52,921 bases of DNA from Welwitschia mirabilis. Its lineage: Eukaryota. The notes beneath the pieces are model-generated. The model was not told where the DNA came from. It made no database searches and was given only the letters and a program-made list of their open reading frames with translations. The stretch lies in assembly GCA_051453625.1 (NCBI GenBank), contig JBOZIK010000001.1, forward strand, positions 23,274,546-23,327,466. The letters are read 5' to 3'. Shown piece by piece: positions 39,851-52,921 of the stretch (position 1 is the stretch's first letter; each line of letters starts with the position of its first letter). A program made the position numbers and the translations under genes.

Positions 39851-40275
39851 GATTAAAAATATGAATTAAAGGTTAACTTGCCATCTTATGGCTGATTATA
39901 GGATATTCGATTAGATTTATGATTTAGTCGACTGGATGTGATCGGTGGACTAGCTTGAAAGCTTGATAGCTTGGACCTCTTCCTATACTATAGACTATGT
40001 CTTGATGGATTAATCAGAAATTCAATCGGTCAACTAGACTCGATAGATTATAGTATAGAAGTACCATTCATGAAACTAATTTCACTCTTCAAATCTCCCT
40101 ATTTCACCATCTTGATAAAAGAAAGAGGCGTCTGATTCTTTTTCATTATGTTATAGCCTTCTCTCTCTCTCTCACATAGATCTAGAGCTTTTTATTCTAG
40201 ATATAGATATTTACTCTTAGATCTAGTGATTTTATCTTATTTTTCTTACTTTCAAGATCTTGTAGAAAGGCTAAA

Positions 40276-41285
40276 ATGGCTATAAATTCTTTAGGAAGAT
40301 GAGTCAAGAAAACTTTAGCAAGAGATCCTACTATCTTCTACCAAGGAATATTTGAAGAAGATATTAAGAAGTTTTTAGAGAAGTTTAAAAAGAAGATTAT
40401 ATGTCAAGAATAGTATATGGCTACTTTAGAGCTTAGAGAGTTTAGAGAGGTGATTTAACTCTTGAAAAATTAGGATCTTAACTATTTCCTTGATATTTCG
40501 AGTTCTGCTTATCCTTTTCTTACTCATATTTTTTTATTACAATGTAACTTATGATTGTGATAGAACTCTTGAAATCCTTATTTTGGGAAAGAGGCTAAGG
40601 ATCACTACAAACTTCATTTTTAATCTTACTGATTTTCTTAAAGGTAACTATGAAGAGTTTTAGACTCTTTATGAAATTATAAAAGATAAGCTAGTAGTGA
40701 CAAGGAAGATCTATGGTAAGACTTATACTTGAAAACACACCATTTCCACTTCCTTGCTTACATCCAAATGCAATTTTCTTCATTTGATCTTTACTTATAA
40801 TTATCTACTGTTGGTGAGGCATCATGATGAAGCATCTAGCTATAGAGTATATCTGATGTATCTAGTAGGAATTGAGGATTCTATTGATGCTTTTGCCATC
40901 ATAGTGAAAAATATGGTCTCTCAGTTAGAATATCACAGGACTAGGGCCTTACCTCACTCTATGTTTATCATAAATTTGTATCATCGTTTTTGTGTACTTT
41001 TTCATCTTAAGCTTGAAAACATATAACCCATGGCATCCATTAGGCATGTAATGTTATCCTGCATGCACATCTTTATCCTTCCAAGAAGTCCTCAAAATCA
41101 CCCTCTCTGAAGGAAGCCTCTTTTGATGAGACTCTTTCATACCTGAGACGGATTGATTTATGTATCATACATATGAAGGAATCCCTCATACATATGAGTA
41201 TGACATTACTAATACTTCAACAAAAGCTACTAGCTCAGCACGCATGGGAAGAGATGAAGAAGAAGAAAAGGAGAAATCTAATTAA
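40276..41285 (+). pseudogene. Sirevirus extra 3' ORF (so-called env-like / Transposase_32-like), degenerate; 3' part repeated at 42170-42452
   Basis: AYPFLTHIF.YN, FLHLIFTYNYL..RHHDEAS, RALPHSMFIINLYHRFCV (cf. LPYGMFLTRIF..FGV); acidic tail; located between the pol remnant and the PPT. Confidence 0.7.
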
Positions 41286-41868
41286 AATGTTTCATTTGAC
41301 TTTTTTTTTGTTTTACTTATTTTCTTTTGTTCCCTCCTTTATCACTAATGTAAAAAGAAAGAGAATTAGTTATTGTTGCTTATGCTTTCAGATGTAGTAT
41401 GCACTTATTGAGCACTTTTACTTTATACTCCTTATGTTTAATGAAATACAAATGCAATTGTTTTATGCTATTCAATTTGTATTAAATCTATGTTTTAAAT
41501 TTTTTTAAGTTCAAATCACATTTTTATATGAACTTCAATTGTCTAATATGATAAATATTAAAGACTCAAATGTTCTTATCCTATATTGAAAATGAATTCT
41601 AAAATTGTCAATGATTAAAATGTTATATAGTTTATGATCAAATGTGCTTTTAATAAATGTTATTGTTCAAAATCATTTTGGCATTCTTCTTAACTCTCCA
41701 ATTGTGCACTTTAAATTATTTTTATTTTAGTACAAAATTAGACTTATTAAAATGTCTTAAATTGATTTTAAAAGGCTTAATAGTTTGTAAAGAATGATAA
41801 GCATTTTATGAAGGGTAGTTTTCTTAGTTTTTAAATATTTTTATAATTAAGTATTATTTGCTATTGTC

Positions 41869-41880
41869 AAAGGGGAAGTT
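41869..41880 (+). promoter_or_regulatory. Polypurine tract; alternative copy at 43033-43044
   Basis: AAAGGGGAAGTT immediately before an LTR start TGTCAAATTATG (cf. Sirevirus AAAGGGGGAGATT). Confidence 0.8.
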
Positions 41881-43044
41881 TGTCAAATTATGTTTTAACA
41901 ATTTATGTCAAACTAATATTTTCTATGTAGCAAATTTTGTATATCTTATGGTAAAAATATTAACCACTTGTAGATTAAATGCTAAAGCCATGAATGTGAA
42001 AATCTGATCACTAGAAACCTGTCAAGTTCACTTACCCTCTTGAGAAGTCGACCAGAATTTTAAGGGGTCNNNNNNNNNNNNNNNNNNNNNNNNNNNNNNN
42101 NNNNNNNNNNNNNNNNNNNNNNNNNNNNNNNNNNNNNNNNNNNNNNNNNNNNNNNNNNNNNNNNNNNNNCATTGGGCGTGCAATGTTATCCTACATGCAC
42201 ATCTTTGCCCTTCCAAGAAGTCCTCAAAATCACCCTCTCTGAAGGAAGCCTCTTTTGATGAGACTCTTTCATACCTGAGATGGATTGACTTCCATATCAT
42301 ACATATGAAGAAATCCCTCATAACAACTAAGTATGACATTGTTAATACTTTAACAAAAGCTACTAGCTCAGCACATATGGGAAGAAATAAAGAAGAAGAA
42401 GATTCAGAAGAAAATTCTAAACATGAAGAAGAAGAAAAAGAGGAATCTAATTAAAATGTTTCATTTGACTATTTTTTTTACTTGTTTTCTTTTATTCCCT
42501 CCTTTGTCATTGATGTAAAAAGAAAGAGAATTAGTTATTGTTGCTTATGCTTTCAGATGTAGTATGCACTTATTAAGCACTTTACTTTATACTGCTTATG
42601 TTTAATGAAATACAAATGTAATTGTTTTATGTTATCCAATTTGTGTTAATTCTATGTTTAAATTTTTTTTAAGTTTAAATCACATTTTTATATAAACTTC
42701 AATTATCTAGTATGCTGAATATTAAAGACTCAAATGTTATTATCCTATATTGAAAATGAATTCTAAAATTGTCAATGATTAAAATGTTAAATAGTTTATG
42801 ATCAAATGTTCTTTTAATAAATGTTATTGTTCAAAATCATTTTGGCATTCTTCTTAACTATCCAATTGCGCACTTTAAATTATTTTTATTTTAGTACAAA
42901 ATTAGACTTATTAAAATGTCTTAAATTGATTTTAAGAAGCTTAATAGTTTGTAAAGAATGATAAGCATTTTGTGAAGGGTAGTTTTCTTAGTTTTTAAAT
43001 ATTTTTACAATTAAGTATTATTTGCTATTGTCAAATGGGAAGTT

Positions 43045-44922
43045 TGTTAAATTATGTTTTAAAAATTTATGTTAAACTAATATTTTCTATGTAGTAAATT
43101 TGTATATCTTATGCAAAAAATGTTAACCACTTATAGATTAAATGCTGAAGCCATGAATGTCAAAATCTGATCACTAGAAACCTATTAAGTTCACTTATCC
43201 TCTTGAGGAGTTGACCAGACTTTTAAGGGGTCGACTACATCTAGAGAATACTCTCAGAATTGAGCTAAATTTAGATAGGTCGATTGGATTTCTGAGGTAT
43301 CAATTAGACCTATAATCCTAAGGGCTAGTATCCATAAACTAAATGACAAGGAATTGACTAGACTTATGAAAGGGTCAACTAGATTTATAAACCCGAGAAA
43401 AGTATCCCTAAAATAAGTATCAAGTGGTTGACTGGATCTATAATGGGGTCAACTAGATTTGTAAACCTGAGAAAAATACTCCTAAACTGATTATTAAAAA
43501 GTCGAATAAACCTTTGAAAGGGTCGACTGGACTNNNNNNNNNNNNNNNNNNNNNNNNNNNNNNNNNNNNNNNNNNNNNNNNNNNNNNNNNNNNNNNNNNN
43601 NNNNNNNNNNNNNNNNNNNNNNNNNNNNNNNNNAATCAAATAACAAGGAATTAACTAGACTTATGAAAGAATTAATTAGATTTATGAACCTGAGAAAAGT
43701 ATCCCTAAAAGAGTGTAAAGTGGTCAACTAGATCTATAATGGGGTCAACTAAATTTTTAAACCTAAGAACAATACTCCTAAACTGATTGTTAAAAAGTCG
43801 ACGGAGCCTTTTAAAGGGTCGACTGGACTTGAGCACTGTGCAACTAATATCCTTGAGCCAATTATCATGAGGTCAATCAAACGCTTGAAAGGTTGACTAG
43901 ACTTGATACAGGAAATTGAAATGAACTTTTATCAAGACTAGCAAGCAACCAAGCAAAATTGTAAGTGACTAGATGGGGTTGACTAGACCCTGATGGGTCG
44001 ATCAAACATAGAGCCATAAGAAATTGGGATAACCAAAAATTTCACTCAGGAAACCTACATAAGTTACATTACCAAGAGAGGTCGACCAGACTTTTAAGGG
44101 TCGACCAACCAAAACAGAAATAAAATTTTCTATTTGTTATGTATATGTTAGATATTTATTTTCTAGCTGTTTATAGCTATTAAAAGTGCATTTTCAATTT
44201 TAATAAATTCGAAAAGCCTTCCAATATAAATAGCCAAGAGAGAGATGACTAAAAGGACTTTTTAACTCTTAATCGAAGGATTGAGTATTCTAATATTTAT
44301 TGTAGGATCTTGGAATTATACTCTTAACCAAGGATGATCTATCATTTATTGTATCTATACATTCAAAGTCAGATATAGTGCTTTATTTATTGTATTATCC
44401 ATATAAGAAGAGCTCCATCAAAATCATTGTACTAAAGAACGAGTGATATCTGCGCATCTTAGTATTGCTTTATCACTATCTTACATTGTAAAATGTTGAG
44501 AATTAGCCTACAAAAGTCCATTAAAAGGTTGAGAATTAGCTTGCAAAATTTCATTAAAAGATTGAGATTTAGCCTATAAAAATCTATTAAAAAATTGAAA
44601 CTTAGCTTACAAAAGTTCATAAATATTACAAGTAAATCTATAACACTTGGAAGAGTAGCAAAAATATGGATCAAGCTTGGTTATAAGCTAATCATCAAGA
44701 GTGGAGTATGGGGTTTCCTGAACCACTATAAAATCTTGCATGCATCTATTTAGTATTTTATGCTTTCTATTAGTTTCATTACTTTAAATCTTTTAGTTTT
44801 TATTTCTATGCATGAATTTATTAACAAATTATTTTGAACAAGCTTTTGATCTATCATGAATTTATTTAGTTAATTTTTAAAGAACCCATTCACCCCTTCC
44901 TCTAAGATTCTCGATCCTATCA
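43045..44922 (+). repeat. 3' LTR of the SIRE-like element (partial alternative start at 41881-42069)
   Basis: Colinear with 32696-35343; ends ..ATTCACCCCTTCCTCTAAGATTCTCGATCCTATCA followed by the TSD. Confidence 0.9.
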
Positions 44923-45779
44923 AAAATTATTAAGCAATCCTAAAAAATTTTAATTAGTTTAATGAAAATTATAACCTTGAATGTTTTCCTCCTAAGCCAA
45001 AGATTTCATATTTATTACTATCATTTTATTATCACTTCTTTAACTTTAGACTCGATAATCATAATTCTTTTGAGTATTTTACAATAAGTCATCCTAAAAA
45101 TCAAGTTTTACCTAAAAATGACTTTTTCATAAACTTCTTACAATATCATCATCCATCCCACCATCAATTCACACCTTGTCAATCATCTAATCCATTTTAA
45201 AATAATTTTGTTAAGCCCATAAATCATCCACCAAAGCCATTAACCCATGATTTTTTAAGACTTAATAACCCAGGTTAAGGGATCCTAAATAAAAAATCAA
45301 TAATAAGTAATCTCTCTACCACCTAAGTAATGATTAAGATTGAGTTTGCTTACGTTTTTAAGGAAAGGTATGCTTACTTTGAGTATGCTAGTTAAAAACA
45401 CATGTGGTTTGTATCTCTGATTTCAAAAAAACTTGGTTCAAAAACTTGGAACTTACCTCTACATGTGTTATTTAAACCCTTTTATGGGGATAAGAGTGAT
45501 CTTGACTAGGTTAATGAGTTAATAATCCCATAATTTGCATAAAAAAATGATAATGGGAAGATGAAAAAAAGAAAATTATATGTCTTTCCTCCAAATGCAC
45601 ATAATATTAATCACTTAAATTGGGTTGAGTTAATTGCATTAGGGCTATAAACACCTATTAGCATTATAGCTCTAATAATCTAATTTTGACATATTCAACT
45701 ACATCAGGGCTATAAACTCTCATTAGCAATGTAGCACTAATAACTGTAAACACAACATGCCTAACACTATTAGCAAAAA

Positions 45780-48700
45780 ATTTTATAACACCGGATGCAC
45801 AATGTGATTCAAAGATCTAAAACTAAGGACATACATAAAGGTAGAAATTTAAAATAAAGGAACAAAAAATGTGGGAATCATAGGATTTATGTAAACTATT
45901 ATCTCTTAACATTTATTTTGATACATAATTTTGTAATTCTTTAAGTCTTACTGAATCTTGTTAATCACAAATAGATATATTATAAAATACAACATACTAA
46001 TACAAATGGGAGTGATCCAAATGTCCCTTGAAGGTGGCTGAAAGAAGAAGAAGAATTGATTTTTAAAGAAATATTATATTTATTTAAAGAAATATTNNNN
46101 NNNNNNNNNNNNNNNNNNNNNNNNNNNNNNNNNNNNNNNNNNNNNNNNNNNNNNNNNNNNNNNNNNNNNNNNNNNNNNNNNNNNNNNNNNNNNNNNNNNN
46201 NNNNNNNNNNNNNNNNNNNNNNNNNNNNNNNNNNNNNNNNNNNNNNNNNNNNNNNNNNNNNNNNNNNNNNNNNNNNNNNNNNNNNNNNNNNNNNNNNNNN
46301 NNNNNNNNNNNNNNNNNNNNNNNNNNNNNNNNNNNNNNNNNNNNNNNNNNNNNNNNNNNNNNNNNNNNNNNNNNNNNNNNNNNNNNNNNNNNNNNNNNNN
46401 NNNNNNNNNNNNNNNNNNNNNNNNNNNNNNNTATAAAATAAAACATACTAATATAAATGGGAGTGATCCAAATTTAGAAACCCCTTGAAGGTTCATGAAA
46501 GAATAAGAATAATTGATTTTTAAAGAAATATTATATTTATTTTAGAATTAATACAAGAAACAATGTAATGAAATATACTTATGCAAAAGCAAATGCAATC
46601 TATTCTAGATGAACACTTTTGCGATTACCAAATTGACTTGTTAAGAAGATTGACCATGTATAATCTAAATCAGCCAGGGAAATTTTTACTAACTGATACT
46701 AACTTAAACTATTAAGTTAAATAGTATGTAATGCAAGTTAATCTAAAATACATCTAAAATAATATTGTTAGTCTTAAAAAAGGTTATTCTTAAGACCTAT
46801 ATTATAAGTAAAACTGTCATAGAATCAAGAACAAGATAAACCTATATTATTCTTAAGACCTATATTATAAGTAAAACTGTCATAGAATCAAGAATAAGAT
46901 AAACCATAAGGAGCATGTAAACTACTAAAGAAATAAAAGAGAAATAAAGTTTATATTAATCTAACTAGCATCCAGGTTACAAAGCNNNNNNNNNNNNNNN
47001 NNNNNNNNNNNNNNNNNNNNNNNNNNNNNNNNNNNNNNNNNNNNNNNNNNNNNNNNNNNNNNNNNNNNNNNNNNNNNNNNNNNNNATTTTTAAAGAAATA
47101 TTATATTTATTTAAAGAAATATTATATTTATTTTAGAATTAATACAAGAAACAATGTAATGAAACACACTTATGCAAATGCAAATGCAATCTATTCTAGA
47201 TGAACACTTATGCGATTACCAAATTGACTTATTAAGAAGATTGGCCCTGTATAACCTAAATCAGCCAAGGAAATTTTTACTAATCGATACTAACTTAAAC
47301 TATTAAATAAGTTGAATAGTATATAATGCAAGTTAATCTAAAATACATCTAAACTAATATTGTTAGTCTTAAAAAAGGTTGTTCTTAAGACCTGTATTAA
47401 ATGTAAAACTGTCATCAAATCAGGAATAATATAAACCTTAAGGATCATGTAAACTACTAAAGAAATAAAAGAGAAATAAAGTTTATATTAATATAACTAG
47501 CATCTAGGTTACAAATCAAACACACCTCAATGGAGGATGTACAACCTAACAATAAGGAGACATCTCTTTATAATGATGACAGATGGATCTTTTACCCTTT
47601 TATCTCCTATCACAAGTGTCTAGAAGATGATATAAGGNNNNNNNNNNNNNNNNNNNNNNNNNNNNNNNNNNNNNNNNNNNNNNNNNNNNNNNNNNNNNNN
47701 NNNNNNNNNNNNNNNNNNNNNNNNNNNNNNNNNNNNNNNNNNNNNNNNNNNNNNNNNNNNNNNNNNNNNNNNNNNNNNNNNNNNNNNNNNNNNNNNNNNN
47801 NNNNNNNNNNNNNNNNNNNNNNNNNNNNNNNNNNNNNNNNNNNNNNNNNNNNNNNNNNNNNNNNNNNNNNNNNNNNNNNNNNNNNNNNNNNNNNNNNNNN
47901 NNNNNNNNNNNNNNNNNNNNNNNNNNNNNNNNNNNNNNNNNNNNNNNNNNNNNNNNNNNNNNNNNNNNNNNNNNNNNNNNNNNNNNNNNNNNNNNNNNNN
48001 NNNNNNNNNNNNNNNNNNNNNNNNNNNNNNNNNNNNNNNNNNNNNNNNNNNNNNNNNNNNNNNNNNNNNNNNNNNNNNNNNNNNNNNNNNNNNNNNNNNN
48101 NNNNNNNNNNNNNNNNNNNNNNNNNNNNNNNNNNNNNNNNNNNNNNNNNNNNNNNNNNNNNNNNNNNNNNNNNNNNNNNNNNNNNNNNNNNNNNNNNNNN
48201 NNNNNNNNNNNNNNNNNNNNNNNNNNNNNNNNNNNNNNNNNNNNNNNNNNNNNNNNNNNNNNNNNNNNNNNNNNNNNNNNNNNNNNNNNNNNNNNNNNNN
48301 NNNNNNNNNNNNNNNNNNNNNNNNNNNNNNNNNNNNNNNNNNNNNNNNNNNNNNNNNNNNNNNNNNNNNNNNNNNNNNNNNNNNNNNNNNNNNNNNNNNN
48401 NNNNNNNNNNNNNNNNNNNNNNNNNNNNNNNNNNNNNNNNNNNNNNNNNNNNNNNNNNAATAAAAACATAATCATCACTCAAGATATAAGGGTTATGCTA
48501 AAAACACACTTAATTCTTAAAAAGAAATGAATGAAATGGATGAAAGTTGGCAAGCCATTTTAGTATTATCCTGACTATCGGTGGGATGACACTTGGGACA
48601 ATGATAGATAAATCATCAAGATGAAACCTCTTAGAAAAAAGGACTCATTAGCTTCTAGCTCTAATCCACATTAGCATCCCAAATAGCTGCTACAGTGTTG

Positions 48701-49122
48701 TCATCCTACCTATCGTGGGGACAATAGTCTTCCTTATCTTTCTAGCTTAATAGAAGTTAGCTGTTTACATCATTGGTTTGCCTCTAAAGCATTAAGTATT
48801 AGAATATGCCTAAAATACCTATAAATATACCAAGAATTGTGTGTTTCTGTGATCATCCGATTGACTCTCCATAATCCTCAGAATTACATCTAAACCTATA
48901 TAAATCTCCTATAAAATAACTCATAATATCCCATCAAATACACATAATTTAGCAATGCATCATAGCCCTCTGCTTAATCTTATCAGTCCCTAACAAAACT
49001 AGGTAAACAACTATGATTTTAACCCAAATTTTTTTTTTAAAAAAAATCAATTCAAAAATTATAAAAAAACCTCATAAATAATTTTAAACATATTATAGAG
49101 AAGAATAAATACCAAGTTATCA
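45780..49122 (-). mobile_element. Probable 3' LTR of the third Athila-like element
   Basis: The minus strand begins TGATAACTTGGTATTTATT at 49122, an Athila-style LTR start, downstream of a minus-strand integrase. The left end is approximate, the region is heavily gapped and the PPT is not canonical. Confidence 0.5.
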
Positions 49123-51279
49123 GTGTAAACCCCAAGATGTCTTAAATATAAAAACAAAAAATCCAGAAGAGCTGAGAACTATCATTAATAAAAATAGACC
49201 ACCATCTGTTGGGGTTGCCAGCATGACATGATAGTCTCTCGGCAGACCTGAATATGTTCTTCTTACGATCTTGCATCATGTGCATCGAGTGGGAATCACA
49301 AAAATTATGTCTCATAAAAGCTCTAAAATGATTCCATAAATTGATTTTTTTGTTGTAAAAATTATGAAAATAAGTACTGCCCTCCCTTGAGAAAAATAAT
49401 ACATTCCATATTGGCTAATGGAGTGAAGAAATCACATGAAAATCAATATGTCCAGAAGAGAAGGTGGATGATGGGCTTTTTTTGAAATTTTGTAAAAATT
49501 AAATTTTGACAGTTAACAAATTAAGTGTAGAGCTTAGTGTAGAAATATTAGATTTGAAAAGATTGGGGGAACGATTCTAACAAATATAGAATGTAAATTA
49601 TAAGAAGACTAAACAATAAAAATGTGCTAAGTGGAATGAAGTAGATCCATGAGTGCCCAACAAATGTGAGTTAACAAAAATGATTATGAATAGTATACAG
49701 GACTCTAAAATACTAAAAAAAATATCATAAAAATTGCAAAGAAACTCATCTAATTAAGAAATCATCTTTTTATTGAAAACTAAGTAAGAAAACTACTAAA
49801 TATTAAGGTCTTGAAATGATAAGAAGATACAGCGATGACTTTGAAATAACTAACTAAACAATGAAAGAAAATAGAACAAAAAATGGACATAAGAAACATG
49901 AAGAAGATAGCATAACTACCCTAAATTCTAACTTAGAAGACTCCCATAGAAAAAATCATAACATCACTTAATTTAAAGTGCATTACTAAATGTATAACTC
50001 TATAAAGTTCCATTTGATAAGGCAATGGTTATGACAATGCTAAAAATTAAATGCTTTAGATAATGAGCAATAAGATTAAAGAGTTACTCAAAAATCAACC
50101 TACCTATTAACATCTCAAAATACACATCCTAATCCTCAAAATAAAGTGATAATGTGAAAAGAATAAGTGTATAGAAAACAAATAGTACTTTTTATGACCC
50201 CAGGAATACCACTAATCTCATAGCCTCAAAGTTTTTATTATTTTACTTTTCATGATGAAAGGGATACAACCATAGACAAAGAAGTAAGGACCTACAAAGC
50301 ATGACCAATTTAGCTCCTAGTGAAGTTCTCATAACTACCATACCACACTACTAAAGGCTTTTATTAGGAAAATTTACCATAGTGTGCTTATCGTAGGACA
50401 TCATAATGACCATGTTTTTAAGGTATCACAAATATAAAACATCATGTTCTTATTTATTTCTTTCTATTTGTTTTTTTTAATTCTTCTTCTTTTAAAGAGA
50501 CCAAAGATAAATTCCACATGATTATACACCCTAAAAACAAAGGTAAAGTCATAAGATGAAAGATAGAAATGAACACCCCTCAATAATCTAAGACATTTTA
50601 TCATTGAAAAAACCATAAGAAATAAACCATCTTTCTTTAAAATGAAGTTGATCAACATGTGAATGTCTTAAGAATGGGTGAATCCAATCTTATAATTATA
50701 AAATGCAAGTATAAAGACTAGTCATAGAATAAAAGAAATACATAAATCATGTTTGAAAGNNNNNNNNNNGTAATGTGATAATGACTTCCAAAGGAATAAG
50801 ATAAGAGAAAATTTAGACAATGATAGAAAATAAATCCTTCTTATCGAGGGGAACCTCTAAGACTAGTGCTTCTATCATGTTTACATCAGAAGGTTGCTCA
50901 CATATTATTAACCTTTTTCCATTAACTTTTTAAATATCCTTAGTGGTTAAGCTAAAAGTTTCAATAAAGCCATTATAATGTACTTTCTCAATAAGGTAAG
51001 GATCTAATCATTTTGAGGTTAACTTTTTATGTAGAAGATGTACTCTAGTGTTATNNNNNNNNNNNNNNNNNNNNNNNNNNNNNNNNNNNNNNNNNNNNNN
51101 NNNNNNNNNNNNNNNNNNNNNNNNNNNNNNNNNNNNNNNNNNNNNNNNNNNNNNAATCATATTTAAAATATGATCAAGTAATGTCATAATGACTTCCAAA
51201 GGAATAAGATAAGAGAAAATTTAGACAATGACAGGGAAGAAGTCCTTCTTATTGAGGGGAACCTCTAAGACTAGTACTT

Positions 51280-52921
51280 CTATCATTTTTACATCATAAG
51301 GTTACTCACATATTATTAAACTTTATCCATTAACTTTTTGAATATCCTTAGTGGTTAAGTTAAAAGTTTTAATAAAGCCATTATAATGCACTTTCTTAAT
51401 AAGGTAAGGATCTAATCATTTTGAGGTTAACTTTTCATGTAGAATATGTACTCTAGTGTTATATAACAGAAGTAGTTGACCATGTTTAAAGTTCTTATAG
51501 TTAACTTATTATCATGTTTGAACTTATTTTGGGCTTTCTGAATAAGTTAACGATGAATAGTTTAAGTTTGTTTTTCATCTAAATTATCTAATTTAGCTAA
51601 ATAAGTTTTAAGATTTTCTTCTAACTTTACAAGATTAAGTTGATGTGTAGAATGATAGGAATTATAATAAACATCAATAGATAAAATACAAACTTTACCA
51701 TATACAAGTTCATAAGGTGAGAAATCAAGACAATTATACCAAGTAGTATGATAAGTCCAAAGAACATCATTAACTTTTAAAATACCAAGATTTTTAATTA
51801 GTAGTGATAAGTGTGTAAAGCATTTTTTTAATTTCTCTATTAGCATTTTTAGCTTATTCATTAGTTTGTGGATGATAAGTAAAAGCTACTCTATGTTCTA
51901 TTATAATGGATAAAAGGAAATATAATTCATAAAATGAGTTTCTTGATCACTAATAATTCTTCAAGGAAAGCCAAAAAATTAAAAAAATTAAGTTCTAACA
52001 AAGGTACACGTGGTTCAAACATCATTTCAAGAAGTAGGAATTGCTTCAACCCATTAAGTCACATAATCAACAGCCACTAAAATATAANNNNNNNNNNNNN
52101 NNNNNNNNNNNNNNNNNNNNNNNNNNNNNNNNNTGCAACAATTAAAAGGTTCATACTCAAGAATATGTTTGAGGAGAATTTCCTATGATTATAAAAGACT
52201 ACCATAACATTAACATGCATAGAACATTTTAGTATAATTAAAAGAGTTCTAAAAAATAATAGGCTAATAATATCTAGAGTGAAGAATTTTCATGACCATT
52301 TTATAATTGCTAAAATATCCACTACAAACATCACCATGACAAAGATGAAGGATATCATATTTTTTCCATTTTGGCATACATTTTTTCATAATTTGATCTT
52401 TATGCCTATGATAAAGATGGGGCTCTATCCACTTATAGTCATCCATTCTATAGAGAAAAGATTTTCTTTAATTGTGACTATAATTTTGTAGTATTTTTAA
52501 AGTAATAAAATAATTAATAATATTAGCACACCATAGAGGGGAATGAATAGAAGATACAACAAATAGTTATTCATTTAGAAAAGAATCATTAATAAAAAAA
52601 TCATCATCATAAGAAGAAAGGTATGATAAGTAATCTACTACATTGTTGTGTTTTCCTGCCTTATCTATGATGATGAGATTAAATTCTTGCATTAAGAGGA
52701 TTTATCTAATCAATCTAGCACTTGAATTTTTTTTAATCATTAAGTATTTAATCATCCCATCATCTCTGTAGAAGTCTATGTGAAAGCCTAAAAGATAATA
52801 TCTAAGGTTATTAAGGCAAAAGATTATGGCTAACATCTCTTTCTTAATAGTCTGTAATTTGTTTGAGCTTTGGATAATGTTTTACCATGTAAGATATGAC
52901 TTTAAAATCATTTTCATATTT
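51280..52921 (-). pseudogene. Athila-like RNase H and integrase, degenerate; continues beyond the window
   Basis: KEMLAIIF..RYYLLG, ARLIR*ILLMQEFNL..KAG..NVVDYLS; Zn finger ILHLCHGDVCSGYF (ORF 52264-52446); NDVLWTYHT..SPYELVYGKVC (ORF 51562-51861); terminal KVNG. Confidence 0.92.

Larger units (their letters stand above)
32696..44922 (+). mobile_element. SIRE/Maximus-like Ty1/copia LTR retrotransposon, structurally complete but internally deleted
   Basis: Two homologous LTRs with TG..CA ends, a 5-bp TSD AAAAT (32691-32695 and 44923-44927), Met-type PBS, gag, protease, extra 3' ORF and PPT. Confidence 0.92.

Noticed and set aside
45757..45785. Possible minus-strand tRNA-Asp PBS (cctaacactattagcaaaaaa)
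   Set aside because: Too many mismatches, and it is better explained as a third copy of the local ..attagca motif.
49124..49140. TGTAAACCCCAAG as the start of a plus-strand LTR
   Set aside because: No partner LTR, PBS or TSD found; it is equally consistent with a decayed minus-strand PPT beside the LTR at 49122.
1171..51199. Many long ORFs in the supplied track (for example 14594-15418, 46056-46436, 47530-48471)
   Set aside because: They are open only because they run through N gaps.

Overview
AT-rich eukaryotic DNA (roughly 25-30% GC by eye, strongly CpG-depleted), almost certainly plant nuclear intergenic/heterochromatic sequence from a gapped draft scaffold. I see no intact host gene, RNA gene or CRISPR array. 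The window is a stack of old, nested, pseudogenised LTR retrotransposons. Left to right: the 3' end of a Tekay/Del-type chromovirus (+); an Ivana-like Ty1/copia (-) with a second integrase remnant lying in a sharply GC/CpG-rich island (about 6370-7200); an Athila-like Ty3/gypsy (-) with a tRNA-Asn PBS; a second Athila-like element (+) interrupted by a structurally complete but INT/RT-deleted SIRE/Maximus-like copia (32696-44922, AAAAT target-site duplication); and a third Athila-like element (-) running off the right end. Nearly every N gap is flanked by a direct, slightly diverged duplicate, which most likely means two haplotypes or homoeologues were interleaved in the assembly. Lineage names come from recognising motifs in hand translation, not from a database search, and many boundaries are approximate. 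I found no evidence of a new biological system; the GC island is the least-explained feature.
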